A DNA stretch of 64,000 bases from Desulfotignum sp. GTDB lineage: Bacteria; Desulfobacterota; Desulfobacteria; Desulfobacterales; Desulfobacteraceae. Each line of letters begins with the position of its first letter. Within the stretch, counting starts at the first letter, position 1. The DNA is taken from contig DATFJY010000284.1 of assembly GCA_035268905.1 (NCBI GenBank), positions 1,718 to 65,717 on the forward strand, given 5' to 3'. Shown in pieces: positions 29,874 to 40,030 of the stretch. The notes under the pieces were generated by a model. That model was not told the origin of the DNA, searched no databases, and saw only the letters and a list, made by a program, of their open reading frames with translations. The translations under genes were made by a program, and so were the position numbers.

Positions 29874-31130
29874 TTATGCCCGGCCGGCAGAGCTGCGATA
29901 CTGAATCACCGTGAACAAAAAAGTGCCTGACACCATTACCAGGCCTGCCATGGGAAATGCCAGTCTGAGGCTGAAAAAATCCATTGCCAGCCCTGCTGCC
30001 AGGGAGCCGGTGAGCATCCCCAGGCTGTGGGCAACAGTCATTACCGCCATCACCGATCCCATGGCTTTTTTCTGGTCCCCCTTTACCACTGCCAGGGCGG
30101 TGATGGCAGGCATGGAGATGCCCCCGCCCACCCCGAAAAGGGATATGGCTGCCAGCAGGTCGGAAAACGAGGCCGCAAAGTAGATCAAAAACATGCCCAA
30201 AGCGGCAACAATGCCGCCGGCAATGGTCAGAATTCGTCGGCTGAACCGGTCTGCAGCATAGCCCATGGGCAGCTGCAGAATGCCTGATATGAAAACACCC
30301 AGCATGACCAGCAGGCCGATCCTGGCACCGGAAAGCCCGAAAACGGCATCGGCAAACAGGGGCAGAAAACACCAGACCGCCCCGATACAGGCGGTATAAG
30401 CATACCGAAAGGAAAAAAGGGCAAACAGATCCAGATCCTTGACCACCAAAGACCAGGGAATCTGGGCAGGCAAAGGCCCGGAACGGATCCGCTCCTCCGA
30501 CAGGGGGGGCAGCAGCCAGAAACACAGCAGTACCCCGGTCAAAGACAGCAGCCCCATGCACACAAACGCGGCGTTCATGGTCCAGATATCATGGATCACC
30601 CCGCCCATGAGCGGCCCTAAGCTCAGGCTCAGAAACATGGACAGATTGAACAGCCCCATGGCATATCCTTCAGAGCCCGGGGGCGTAATCTCTCCCACAT
30701 AGGCCTGGACCACGGGCATGATCATGGCGGAGCCGGCCCCCTGGATAAACCGGATAAAAATCAATCCATTGACCGTATCTGAATACACAAACGCAATGGA
30801 GATCAGGGTATAGGAGATCAATCCCGCAAGAATGAACGGTTTTCTGCCTTTTTGGTCTGACAGCCGCCCGAAATAGGGCAGCAAAAATACCCGGGAGATG
30901 GAAAAGGAGCCGAAAATCATGGCCACATAAATCCCGGTTGCTCCCAGGTCATGGGCATAAATGGGCAGCAGGGGCACCACAATCCCCACGCCGGTGACAG
31001 TGGAAAAAATAATAAAGAACAGGGTGGCGAAAATGCCCTTGTGGTCCGATGGAATGGCCCGGATGCTGTTTCTGATTATTTTTGCCGACAATTGGGAAAA
31101 TGGTTCCCGTATGGTATAGAAAAAATCCAT
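29874..31130 (-). CDS. MFS transporter (DHA1-like)
   Basis: GRLSDQKGRK motif A, ~12 hydrophobic segments. Confidence 0.9.
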   Translation of the reverse strand: MDFFYTIREPFSQLSAKIIRNSIRAIPSDHKGIFATLFFIIFSTVTGVGIVVPLLPIYAHDLGATGIYVAMIFGSFSISRVFLLPYFGRLSDQKGRKPFILAGLISYTLISIAFVYSDTVNGLIFIRFIQGAGSAMIMPVVQAYVGEITPPGSEGYAMGLFNLSMFLSLSLGPLMGGVIHDIWTMNAAFVCMGLLSLTGVLLCFWLLPPLSEERIRSGPLPAQIPWSLVVKDLDLFALFSFRYAYTACIGAVWCFLPLFADAVFGLSGARIGLLVMLGVFISGILQLPMGYAADRFSRRILTIAGGIVAALGMFLIYFAASFSDLLAAISLFGVGGGISMPAITALAVVKGDQKKAMGSVMAVMTVAHSLGMLTGSLAAGLAMDFFSLRLAFPMAGLVMVSGTFLFTVIQYRSSAGRA

Positions 31131-31140
31131 GCAGGCATGC

Positions 31141-33003
31141 CTAAGCCAGGCATTCTTTGATCTGGTCGATGAACCGGCTCGGGACCCCGAACTCCCCTTT
31201 CCGGTAGCTGGCATGGGTGAGGTACAAAAACCGTTCCGCCCGGGTCATGGCCACATACATGAGGCGCCGTTCTTCAGCCAGGGCGGCGTCACCGTCATCA
31301 ATGGAGCGCCAGTGGGGAAAGAGGCGCTCTTCACACCCCGCAACAAACACGGTGTCAAATTCCAGGCCCTTGGCAGAATGAATGGTCAGCAGCGCCACCC
31401 CGGCTGCATCCTGGTCCGCATCCGCTTCCTTGTCTTCCCGGATAAGGGCTGCCTCTTCCAGGTATTCCAGCATATCTGACTTGGTGCGGGCCGTATGAAT
31501 CAGCTGCGCGATATTTTCTTTTTTGGAAATCCATTCTGCCCGGGTCTTGGTCTTTTTTTCCAGGTAGTCATAATATTCGGTGCGGGCAATAACTTCTTCC
31601 ATGGCCATTGCCGGGGCCATATCCCGGATAGTATCCAGAATATCAAGCACCTGGCAAATATTTTCATGGATCTTCGGCGTCAGGACCCGGTCTTTTACCA
31701 TGATCCTGGCTGCATCCTGCAGACTGGTACCATCTGCCCGCATGGCTGCCATTTTTTTGATCATGGCAGGTCCGATTCCCCGCTTGGGGGTGTTGACTAC
31801 ACGCTCGAATGACAGGTCATCATTGGGAAAGAAAGAAGCGCTCAGATAGGAGTTGATGTCCAAAATTTCCATGCGTTCAAAAAATCCCTGGGCCCCCATG
31901 AGCCGGTAGGGCACCCGGAGGGCCCTGAAAATCTTTTCAAAGGGCAGGGAACAGAATTTGGTTCTGTATACCACCGCCATTTTGTCATAGGCAATGCCCT
32001 GACCATGGCGGTGCATCGCCTTTATTCTTCTTGCCACCCATTCTGCTTCATGGCTGTCGGACAAAAAATCATAGATCTCCACCACCCCGCCTTTTTTAAC
32101 GGAAAAGCAGTGCTTGTCCATCTTGTCCGGGTTGTGGTCAATCATGTCATTGGCGGCCTGGACGATTTCATCGGCAGACCTGAAATTTTCCTCCAGCCGG
32201 AAAATTTTTGCATCCCTGTATTTGTGGGAGAACCCCAGAAAATGGTCGATATTGCTGCCCCGGAATCCATATACCGCCTGCCAGTCATCGCCGACGCAAA
32301 ACAGGTTCCTGTGGGGTCCCAGCAGCAGGCCGGTGAGATCCTCCTGGAGATTGTTGGTGTCCTGGTATTCATCCACCAGAATATGGGAGAACCATGACTG
32401 GTAGCCCTCCCGGACCTCTGCATGCTGCCGCAGAAGGTCCCGGGTCTTGAGCAGGATATTGTCAAAATCCACACAGTTCATCTCCTTGAGACGGTCTTCA
32501 TACTGCTGGAAAATATCACTGATCCTGACATTGAAAACAATGGGTTTTATATCAAAATATTTTTGGGGATCACCTGAATTTTTGGCCCGGGATACCAGGG
32601 ATAGTATCCGGTTGGCGAATTTTTTTTCAATATTGTTTTTCACACACAGTTCTTTGACCAGTTTGTCCTGCTGGTATACGGAAAGCACCTGTACCGGCGG
32701 CACAAACCCCAGGCGCTGACAATGGCGCTTGAGCATCATCAGACAGGCGGAATGAAAGGTCCGGACCCACTGAAAATGGCCAAGGGAAAGTCCGGTCATC
32801 TCCATGAGCCGGGACTTCATCTCATCTGCCGCCTTGTTGGTAAAGGTAATGGCCAAAATCCGCCTGGGGTCATACCCTTGGGTGATCAGGTGGGAAAACC
32901 GGGCTGTCAGGGTGCGTGTCTTTCCGGAGCCCGCCCCTGCCACAATTAGTGCAGGAGAACCGGTATGGTCAACAGCCTTTTGCTGCTGTGGTGATAATAG
33001 CAT
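31141..33003 (-). CDS. UvrD/PcrA/Rep family ATP-dependent DNA helicase
   Basis: AGAGSGKT, DEYQDTN, VGDDWQAVYGFRG, TIHSAKGLEF, YVAMTRA. Confidence 0.94.
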   Translation of the reverse strand: MLLSPQQQKAVDHTGSPALIVAGAGSGKTRTLTARFSHLITQGYDPRRILAITFTNKAADEMKSRLMEMTGLSLGHFQWVRTFHSACLMMLKRHCQRLGFVPPVQVLSVYQQDKLVKELCVKNNIEKKFANRILSLVSRAKNSGDPQKYFDIKPIVFNVRISDIFQQYEDRLKEMNCVDFDNILLKTRDLLRQHAEVREGYQSWFSHILVDEYQDTNNLQEDLTGLLLGPHRNLFCVGDDWQAVYGFRGSNIDHFLGFSHKYRDAKIFRLEENFRSADEIVQAANDMIDHNPDKMDKHCFSVKKGGVVEIYDFLSDSHEAEWVARRIKAMHRHGQGIAYDKMAVVYRTKFCSLPFEKIFRALRVPYRLMGAQGFFERMEILDINSYLSASFFPNDDLSFERVVNTPKRGIGPAMIKKMAAMRADGTSLQDAARIMVKDRVLTPKIHENICQVLDILDTIRDMAPAMAMEEVIARTEYYDYLEKKTKTRAEWISKKENIAQLIHTARTKSDMLEYLEEAALIREDKEADADQDAAGVALLTIHSAKGLEFDTVFVAGCEERLFPHWRSIDDGDAALAEERRLMYVAMTRAERFLYLTHASYRKGEFGVPSRFIDQIKECLA

Positions 33004-33008
33004 GTATG

Positions 33009-34370
33009 TTATTCTTGTTTTGTCTGTGCAATAATCTGGTCCAAGGTGGTTTCGATATCCTGCTGGATCTCTTCCAGCCTTGCTGCTGTAAGGGCTTCAA
33101 ACCGCAGCACCAGGGCGGGCTGGGTGTTGGAAGCCCGGACAAGGCCCCACCCGTCCGGATACAATGCCCGCATGCCGTCGATATCGATGACCTTTTGTCT
33201 GGCCTTGTAATGGTCTACAATCTTTTTTACCACATCAAACTTGATCTCATCCGGGCATTCTTTTCTGATTTCAGGGGTGGTAAAGGTCCGGGGCAGATCC
33301 TTGATCAATTCATCCACGCCTTTGCCTGTGGCAGCCAGGATCTCGAGCAGGCGGCAGGTGGCATACAGGGCATCATCAAATCCAAAATAGCGGTCCTTGA
33401 AAAACATGTGCCCGCTCATTTCGCCTGCCAGTTCGGCATTTTCCTCTTTCATCTTCTTTTTGATCAAAGAATGGCCGGTGCGCCACATGACGGCATTACC
33501 GCCGTGTTTCCGGATATCATCATACATGACCATGGAGCACTTGACCTCGGAAATAAAGGTGGCCCCGGGCTTGCGGGAAAGGATTTCTCTGGCATAGATC
33601 ACCATAAGCTGGTCCCCGTATATCACGTTGCCCTTTGCATCCACCACGCCGATGCGGTCCCCGTCCCCGTCATATCCCACACCCAGATCCAGTTTTTTAT
33701 CTTTTACCAGAGAAATCAGATCCCCCAGGTTTTTTTTCTGGGTGGGGTCTGCCTCATGGTTGGGAAAGCTGCCGTCCGGATCACAGAAAATATCATACAC
33801 GTCACATCCCAGTTCTTTTAGCACCGGCAAAGCAGTAATACCCCCGGTACCGTTACCGGCATCGATGCCGATGCGGATGGTATCGGAAATGGTGATATTT
33901 TCCAGGATATATTTCTTATAGGGGGTGAGCACGTCCTTTTGGGTCCGGTTTCCGGATCCGGTGACAAATGCCCTGGTTTCAATGATTTTGCGGATCTCCT
34001 GCAGTCCGTTGCTGTGGATGGAGTCATGGCCGCTCATGAGCTTGAACCCATTGTATTCAGGGGGATTGTGGCTGGCCGTGACCATGGCGCCGCCTTCGAG
34101 GTCCAGATGGTGAATGGAAAAATACAGCACCGGGGTGGGACAAAGCCCTATGTCCACGACATCACAGCCGGTGGACAAAATACCCTGGATAAACAGATCT
34201 GCATAATTGTCCGAGGTAAGGCGGCAGTCCCTGCCCACGGACACCCTGTGTTTGTTCTGCTGGTGCAGCATGGTGCCAAAGGCTTTTCCAATATCTTTTA
34301 CATCCTCATCCAGGATATCCCCCCCTGCCACTCCACGGATATCATATTCTCTGAAAATTCCCGAATGCAT
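33009..34370 (-). CDS. Phosphomannomutase/phosphoglucomutase
   Basis: TASHNP, DGDGDR, GEMSGH, VRASNT. Confidence 0.94.
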   Translation of the reverse strand: MHSGIFREYDIRGVAGGDILDEDVKDIGKAFGTMLHQQNKHRVSVGRDCRLTSDNYADLFIQGILSTGCDVVDIGLCPTPVLYFSIHHLDLEGGAMVTASHNPPEYNGFKLMSGHDSIHSNGLQEIRKIIETRAFVTGSGNRTQKDVLTPYKKYILENITISDTIRIGIDAGNGTGGITALPVLKELGCDVYDIFCDPDGSFPNHEADPTQKKNLGDLISLVKDKKLDLGVGYDGDGDRIGVVDAKGNVIYGDQLMVIYAREILSRKPGATFISEVKCSMVMYDDIRKHGGNAVMWRTGHSLIKKKMKEENAELAGEMSGHMFFKDRYFGFDDALYATCRLLEILAATGKGVDELIKDLPRTFTTPEIRKECPDEIKFDVVKKIVDHYKARQKVIDIDGMRALYPDGWGLVRASNTQPALVLRFEALTAARLEEIQQDIETTLDQIIAQTKQE

Positions 34371-34379
34371 AGGTCCTCC

Positions 34380-35210
34380 TCACAAATTTCCGTATATGTT
34401 TGACAAAACAACCAGGGCCCCCACCAGCCAGCAGTAAGGGGCGAACAGGTGAAACTTTCCCGCATGCACCATTCGTATCAACACTTTCAAGGCGACCAGG
34501 CCGGTGACAAACGCCACCAGTGTACCATAAATCATGGCTGCGTCAATGCCTGCCCCCTGTTCCCTGTATCCCATGACGCTGACCAGCTGCGCCCCCATAA
34601 TGGCGGGAATGGACAACAAAAAGGAAAATTTGGCAGCGGTATGGCGGTCAAGGCCGCAGAACATGCCGCAGGCAATGGTGGTACCGGCCCTGGAAATCCC
34701 CGGGATGACAGCAAGGCCCTGACTGGCGCCGATGACCAGAGACCGTTTCATATCAAGACCACTGCTGTTATTTTTTGTCCGGTAAAATTTACGGGAGGTC
34801 CACAGAATGGTCCCGGTCACCAGCATCATTGCCCCCACCAGCAGGCTGGAGGTGAACAGTATGTGTTCAAATTGTTTTAAAAACATGCCCATCATGGCTG
34901 TGGGCACAGAGCCGGCCAGTATCAATACAGCCAGTTTCAGGTTTGTATCCGGTGCCGCAGCAGCAGATTTTCGTTGGATAATTCTGCCGGCCCAGGCAGA
35001 CATGGCAGTGACCATGGCCATGATATCTCTCCAGTAGATTACAAACACCGCGCCCAAAGTTCCCATGTGAACGCTGATGTCGAATGCCAGAACCGGTTCT
35101 GTGATCCCGAAAAAAAGCTGTCCCAACACCAGGTGACCGGAACTGCTCACCGGCAGAAATTCCGTCAACCCCTGTATGATGCCCAGGGTTATTGCCTGGT
35201 AAATTTCCAT
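34380..35210 (-). CDS. uppP: Undecaprenyl-diphosphate phosphatase
   Basis: QGLTEFLPVSSSGH, PGISRAG, FSFLLSIP. Confidence 0.94.
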   Translation of the reverse strand: MEIYQAITLGIIQGLTEFLPVSSSGHLVLGQLFFGITEPVLAFDISVHMGTLGAVFVIYWRDIMAMVTAMSAWAGRIIQRKSAAAAPDTNLKLAVLILAGSVPTAMMGMFLKQFEHILFTSSLLVGAMMLVTGTILWTSRKFYRTKNNSSGLDMKRSLVIGASQGLAVIPGISRAGTTIACGMFCGLDRHTAAKFSFLLSIPAIMGAQLVSVMGYREQGAGIDAAMIYGTLVAFVTGLVALKVLIRMVHAGKFHLFAPYCWLVGALVVLSNIYGNL

Positions 35211-35558
35211 TGTTTGTTTTGTCCTTATTTTTGTACAGCTCGAACATCTACCGGACCTGGTTTTCGGGTGCTGCACACTGAAACCGGCCATGCATGGTGT
35301 ATATCAGGCACTTTACATAGTATTGTTGGCCCCGAATTGCAAGGTATTGTTGAAAATTATACCCCAATTTTTACTTTTCTTATCAGATATTATAATAAAT
35401 TTCTCCTTTTCATCCTGCAATTTGGCGTTGATTTCATTCAAGTTCTGCTATATTATTATTTTTACTTTACACAAAATGGTGAACAGGCTGCAAATTGGTG
35501 TTTTCACAACACATCACCATAATGATCCAAATGGTCCAAATTTTGAAAGGAGAGAAAA

Positions 35559-36725
35559 ATGAGCAAAAAAATTGTTATTCAAAGCCTTCTGGCTGTACTT
35601 GCTTTTGTTTTTTTGTTCGGCTGTGCAACAAAGGAACCAGCTGAACTGCCCTCATTCACAGCCCTGCACTTTGATGCCAACCAGTTTGAATCCAAGGTGG
35701 ACAATTTCGTCGTGATCCTGGATGCATCCAGCTCCATGCGGCATGATTACAATGGAAACACCAAATTCACCACTGCCAGAGCCATTGTCGAGCGCCTGAA
35801 CATGACCCTGCCGGAACTGGGCCAGACAGCCGGCCTCAGATCTTTTGGCCACCACCCTTCAGTCTCCAAAAACAAGACCGAGTTGTTTTACGGCATGCAA
35901 CCCTATACATCTGGCGGCATGGCTGACGGCCTGGAAATGATTTTCAAGCCCGGGGGTAACAGCCCTCTGGGCACTGCCCTGGATGCCGCACAGACAGATC
36001 TGCACGGACTGGCCGGCATTTATAATGCCGTGGTCGTCATCAGCGACGGCAAAGATATGACAAATGTACGCGAACAGGCCCAGGCCTTAAAGGACAAGTT
36101 CGGCTCCTCCCTGTGTATCTATACGGTACTGGTGGGGGATGCCCCTGAAGGCCGCCAGCTGCTCCAGGATATTGCAGACGGCACCTGCGGATTTTTCACA
36201 ACTGCGGAAGATATCATGACCAATGCCGGCATGGCCGCTTTTGTGAAAAACGCCTTTCTCAGAGAAAAAGCTGCCCCGGCAACCGCGCCGGCACCTGCAC
36301 CGGAAAGAAAAGATTCTGATGGAGACGGGGTGTATGATGATGAAGACCAGTGTCCGGGAACACCTGAAGGTGCCCGGGTCAATGCAGTGGGCTGCTGGAC
36401 CCTGGACAATGTCCTGTTTGATTTTGACAAAGCGGTCATCAAACCGGAAGCCTACCCCTTACTGGACGAAGTTGTGGCCATCATGAAGAAAAACCCGGCC
36501 ATGAGCGTGGAACTCCAGGGACATACCGACAATATCGGCACCAAAGCATACAACAAAGACCTGTCCATGAGACGGGCCAACGCGGTTGCACAATACCTTG
36601 TGAAAAAAGGCATTTTGAGAAACCGCCTGGCAACCACTGGATTCGGCTTCACCAAACCGGTGGCCCTTAACGGCACCAAATTCGGCCGGTCCCTCAACAG
36701 ACGGGTTGAGCTGCATCCCTATTAA
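35559..36725 (+). CDS. Lipoprotein with vWA domain and C-terminal OmpA peptidoglycan-binding domain
   Basis: Lipobox LFGC; MIDAS DASSS; DSDGDGVYDDEDQCP; GHTD...LSMRRA...NRRVE. Confidence 0.9.
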   Translation: MSKKIVIQSLLAVLAFVFLFGCATKEPAELPSFTALHFDANQFESKVDNFVVILDASSSMRHDYNGNTKFTTARAIVERLNMTLPELGQTAGLRSFGHHPSVSKNKTELFYGMQPYTSGGMADGLEMIFKPGGNSPLGTALDAAQTDLHGLAGIYNAVVVISDGKDMTNVREQAQALKDKFGSSLCIYTVLVGDAPEGRQLLQDIADGTCGFFTTAEDIMTNAGMAAFVKNAFLREKAAPATAPAPAPERKDSDGDGVYDDEDQCPGTPEGARVNAVGCWTLDNVLFDFDKAVIKPEAYPLLDEVVAIMKKNPAMSVELQGHTDNIGTKAYNKDLSMRRANAVAQYLVKKGILRNRLATTGFGFTKPVALNGTKFGRSLNRRVELHPY

Positions 36726-36736
36726 ACCCTGAAACC

Positions 36737-36768
36737 TGCTTCCGGAAAAAATCCTTTTTCCGGAAGCA
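36737..36768. terminator. Hairpin, probable terminator between convergent genes
   Basis: 14-bp stem TGCTTCCGGAAAAA/TTTTTCCGGAAGCA, 4-nt loop. Confidence 0.6.
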
Positions 36769-36780
36769 CCATCACATTCT

Positions 36781-36808
36781 TGGGGTCAGAAGTTAACTTC
36801 TGACCCCA
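36781..36808. repeat. Perfect 28-bp palindrome, REP-like
   Basis: TGGGGTCAGAAGTT-AACTTCTGACCCCA. Confidence 0.7.
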
Positions 36809-36815
36809 TTTATAT

Positions 36816-38747
36816 TTACTGCCGAAACATTTCCTGGCCGGTTTTCTGTACCCCGTAACCGCCAAGGGCAAGGACCCGTTTTTTAAAGCCGTCGCCTGCA
36901 ATGGTTTCCAGCAGGATCTGCATATTCGGGGTATGATAAAACGGCTCTGGCATCACCAGGTCATATGCTTCCGTGACAACAGGGACAAAATCCAGGTCCA
37001 GGGCCCGGGCCGCTGCCATGATGCCCAGCCCTGCATCTGCCCGGCCGGAAAGCACTGCCACGGCAACCGACATATGGGTGTACTCATCATTTTCATACCC
37101 TTGAATATCAGCCGGTGCCACCCCCAGCGTTCCCAGCTTGTAATCAAACAGAATCCGGGTGCCGGAACCGGGCTGGCGGTTGATGAACCGCAGTTTTTTA
37201 TCGGCAAGGTCTGCTATGGACCGGATCCCTTCCGGATTGCCTTTTGGCACGATCAGGCCCTGTTCGCGCATGACCAGGTTCACCAGGCGCAACGGAATTC
37301 CCGGCAGGTATTTTTTGATATAAGAGATATTATAGGTGCCGTCATCCGGATCCAGCAGGTGGGTACCGGCCAGGTGACAGGTGTTTTTCCTGACGGCCAT
37401 AAGTCCCCCCATGCTGCCCACATGGCTGGAGGAAATGCCGACCCCGTCATGGAACCGCCGCATCTGGTCCGCCAGCAGATCCAGGGTGTTGTCATGGGAA
37501 CCGGTGATCACCAGGGTGTTTTCTATGGCGGACAGCGGCCGCAGCAGCTGGGCCGTGACAGTATCATCTTCTGAAATCCCTTCCACATCCCCTGGAATCC
37601 GGATAATGCCGTCTGCTTCGGTAAGGGTGGTGATACTGCCCGACCCCCTGGGCAGCTGGGAAGCGATCAATTTTTTGTCCACCGCCCCTATTTTCACCCG
37701 CAAAAATTCATCCTGGCCCAGCTTTGACGTCATTTTACGGGCCAAAGATACCGGGGCGGTCGGAACCGGCATTTGCGGCAGTTTCTGCATCCTGCGCAAC
37801 AAAGGGCCTGCAAACTGTTCAAAGGCCACTATGGCGGAGACCGGATATCCGGGAATGCCGAATACGGGTTTTTCAAACACCCTGCCCATCAATACCGGTT
37901 TGCCCGGCATCATGGTCACCCCGTGCACCAGTACCTCCCCTAAAGATGCGATCACCGGCCGGGCAAAATCCTCTGATCCGGCAGAAGACCCCCCGATAAT
38001 GCAGACCATGTCATAGTTCCCTTTGGCAGCTTTGGCCACAGCATCTGTAATCGTGTCAAGATCGTCTTTGAGCATGGGGTGACAGTCAAAATCCGCCCCG
38101 TTATCCCGGCACAGGGCCCCCAGAACCGTGGAATTGGATTCCACCACCTGTCCTGGTGCAAGCTGATCCACCCGGGCGGTATGCCACTGGACAAGTTCCG
38201 ATCCTGTGGGAATAATGAGCACCCGGGGTTTTTGATACACCCCGACCCTGAAAATACCGCCGGAAAGCAGTGCCCCCATGGCATAGGCATTGATCTGGTG
38301 TCCCCGGGGAAACAACAGTTTGGTGGCAACGATATCCTCTCCCATTTTGCGGACATACTGCCAGGGAAATACCGGTGCTTCAATCTCCACAGTATTGTCA
38401 TCGATCACATTCACATGTTCGATCATGATCACGGCATTGGTCCCGTCCGGCATGGCATGACCGGTGTTGATCCAGAAAGCGTCTTTTCCGGGCACCAGGG
38501 TTTTCGGGGCTTCATCACTGGCACCGAAAGTGTGGCTCGCATCCACTGCAATGCCGTCCATGGCGGCTGCATGGAAATTGGGACTGGACAACACCGCAAT
38601 GGCAGGGGCTGCCAAAACACGACCCCGGGCAGCTGTCACATCTATGGTTTCCACAGGGGTTGTGCAGTCTCTAAACGTGTTTTTCAGTATCTCCCAGGCG
38701 GTTTCAATGGGTTTTGTATCCAGATATATGTTGCGTTTTGATGTCAT
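36816..38747 (-). CDS. moeA: MoeA fused to C-terminal PBP-like (substrate-binding) domain
   Basis: AAMDGIAV, PTGSEL, GGSSAG, PGKP, GIPGYP; C-terminal GSHD...GSMGGL...NRQPGSGTR. Confidence 0.9.
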   Translation of the reverse strand: MTSKRNIYLDTKPIETAWEILKNTFRDCTTPVETIDVTAARGRVLAAPAIAVLSSPNFHAAAMDGIAVDASHTFGASDEAPKTLVPGKDAFWINTGHAMPDGTNAVIMIEHVNVIDDNTVEIEAPVFPWQYVRKMGEDIVATKLLFPRGHQINAYAMGALLSGGIFRVGVYQKPRVLIIPTGSELVQWHTARVDQLAPGQVVESNSTVLGALCRDNGADFDCHPMLKDDLDTITDAVAKAAKGNYDMVCIIGGSSAGSEDFARPVIASLGEVLVHGVTMMPGKPVLMGRVFEKPVFGIPGYPVSAIVAFEQFAGPLLRRMQKLPQMPVPTAPVSLARKMTSKLGQDEFLRVKIGAVDKKLIASQLPRGSGSITTLTEADGIIRIPGDVEGISEDDTVTAQLLRPLSAIENTLVITGSHDNTLDLLADQMRRFHDGVGISSSHVGSMGGLMAVRKNTCHLAGTHLLDPDDGTYNISYIKKYLPGIPLRLVNLVMREQGLIVPKGNPEGIRSIADLADKKLRFINRQPGSGTRILFDYKLGTLGVAPADIQGYENDEYTHMSVAVAVLSGRADAGLGIMAAARALDLDFVPVVTEAYDLVMPEPFYHTPNMQILLETIAGDGFKKRVLALGGYGVQKTGQEMFRQ

Positions 38748-38803
38748 AAATGGTTTTCCTGTATGCGGGTTGCTGATAATTTGGGGGATAATGTTTGCCG
38801 ATA

Positions 38804-40030
38804 TTACAAAAGAATGACCTGTGTCCAGGTATTTTTTTCCAGGCCTTCCAGGTTTTCACCAATATCCAGCAGTCCGTCTGCAAGGACCATGGTCCGGATC
38901 AGGCCGGATTTTCCCAGCACTGGTTTTGCCATGAGCCCCTCCGGCCCATTTTCCAGCACCACCCGGATGAAATCCCGCCGGCCCTGGGCAGAGGCAACAT
39001 TCCGGGTCAGTCTGGCCGGTACCCGGACAAGGGGCCTGGGGGCGGCATACCCCTGAATTCTGTGCAGAAACGGTACCACCACCATTTTCATCACCACCAT
39101 GGCAGACACCACCTGACCGGGCAGCCCCCATACAGGGATGGTACCGCTTCTTGCCAGAATAGTGGGTTTGCCCGGACTCACCGACATGCCGTGGACCAGA
39201 ATATCCGTATCCGGCAGTTTTGACAGCACCGTCACTGTATAATCCCGGGTACCAACGGAACTGCCCCCTGATATAAGCACCATGTCGGTTTCAGCCAGGG
39301 CCTTTTCACAGCAGGCCTGCAGTGCCCCGGGATCATCTTTTACGATTCCGTACCGCACCGGCCGGGCATGGGCTTCCTGTACAAATCCTGACAGGGTATA
39401 GGAATTGATATCACGGATACGTCCGGGTTCAGGGTCTTCATGGATGGGAATAATTTCATCTCCGGTTGAAATAATACCCACCTTCGGCACCTGGTACACC
39501 GGCAGAGTGGAAAGCCCCATACCGGCGGCAAGCCCCACCTCCTGTGGCCGCAGAAAAGTACCGGCCGGCAATACAACCTCCCCTGATGTACAATCTTCAT
39601 CTGCATCTATGACGTTCTGAAGAGGGGCCACACTTTTGTAAATTTCCAGGGAGGTTTCATCTATGGTCTGGGTATGTTCCACCATGACAACCGCATCTGC
39701 CCCCCGGGGCAGCATACCGCCGGTTGCAATGCCGGCGGCTTTTCCCGGTGCCAGCACAAAATCAGGCACCTGGCCCATGGGAACGGATCCCTGGATCTCA
39801 AGCCATGCCGGTGTTGATTCCGAGGCCCCGAAAGATGCGGATGCCTGTATGGCATATCCGTCCATGGTGGCCCGCCGGAATCCCGGCATATTCCGGGGTG
39901 CTGTCACATCCTGTGCCAGTATCCGGGAAAAAGCGGCATCTACCGCAATGGTTTCCGGTGCTTTGGGCACAAACCGCTGCTGTAAAGCCATGACCTCATC
40001 AAGGGTTTTCACTTTAAAAAAATGGCTCAT
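38804..40030 (-). CDS. moeA: Molybdopterin molybdotransferase MoeA
   Basis: ATMDGYA, IATGGMLP.GADAVVMVE, STGDE, SGGSSVG, PGKPT, GLPG. Confidence 0.92.
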   Translation of the reverse strand: MSHFFKVKTLDEVMALQQRFVPKAPETIAVDAAFSRILAQDVTAPRNMPGFRRATMDGYAIQASASFGASESTPAWLEIQGSVPMGQVPDFVLAPGKAAGIATGGMLPRGADAVVMVEHTQTIDETSLEIYKSVAPLQNVIDADEDCTSGEVVLPAGTFLRPQEVGLAAGMGLSTLPVYQVPKVGIISTGDEIIPIHEDPEPGRIRDINSYTLSGFVQEAHARPVRYGIVKDDPGALQACCEKALAETDMVLISGGSSVGTRDYTVTVLSKLPDTDILVHGMSVSPGKPTILARSGTIPVWGLPGQVVSAMVVMKMVVVPFLHRIQGYAAPRPLVRVPARLTRNVASAQGRRDFIRVVLENGPEGLMAKPVLGKSGLIRTMVLADGLLDIGENLEGLEKNTWTQVILL

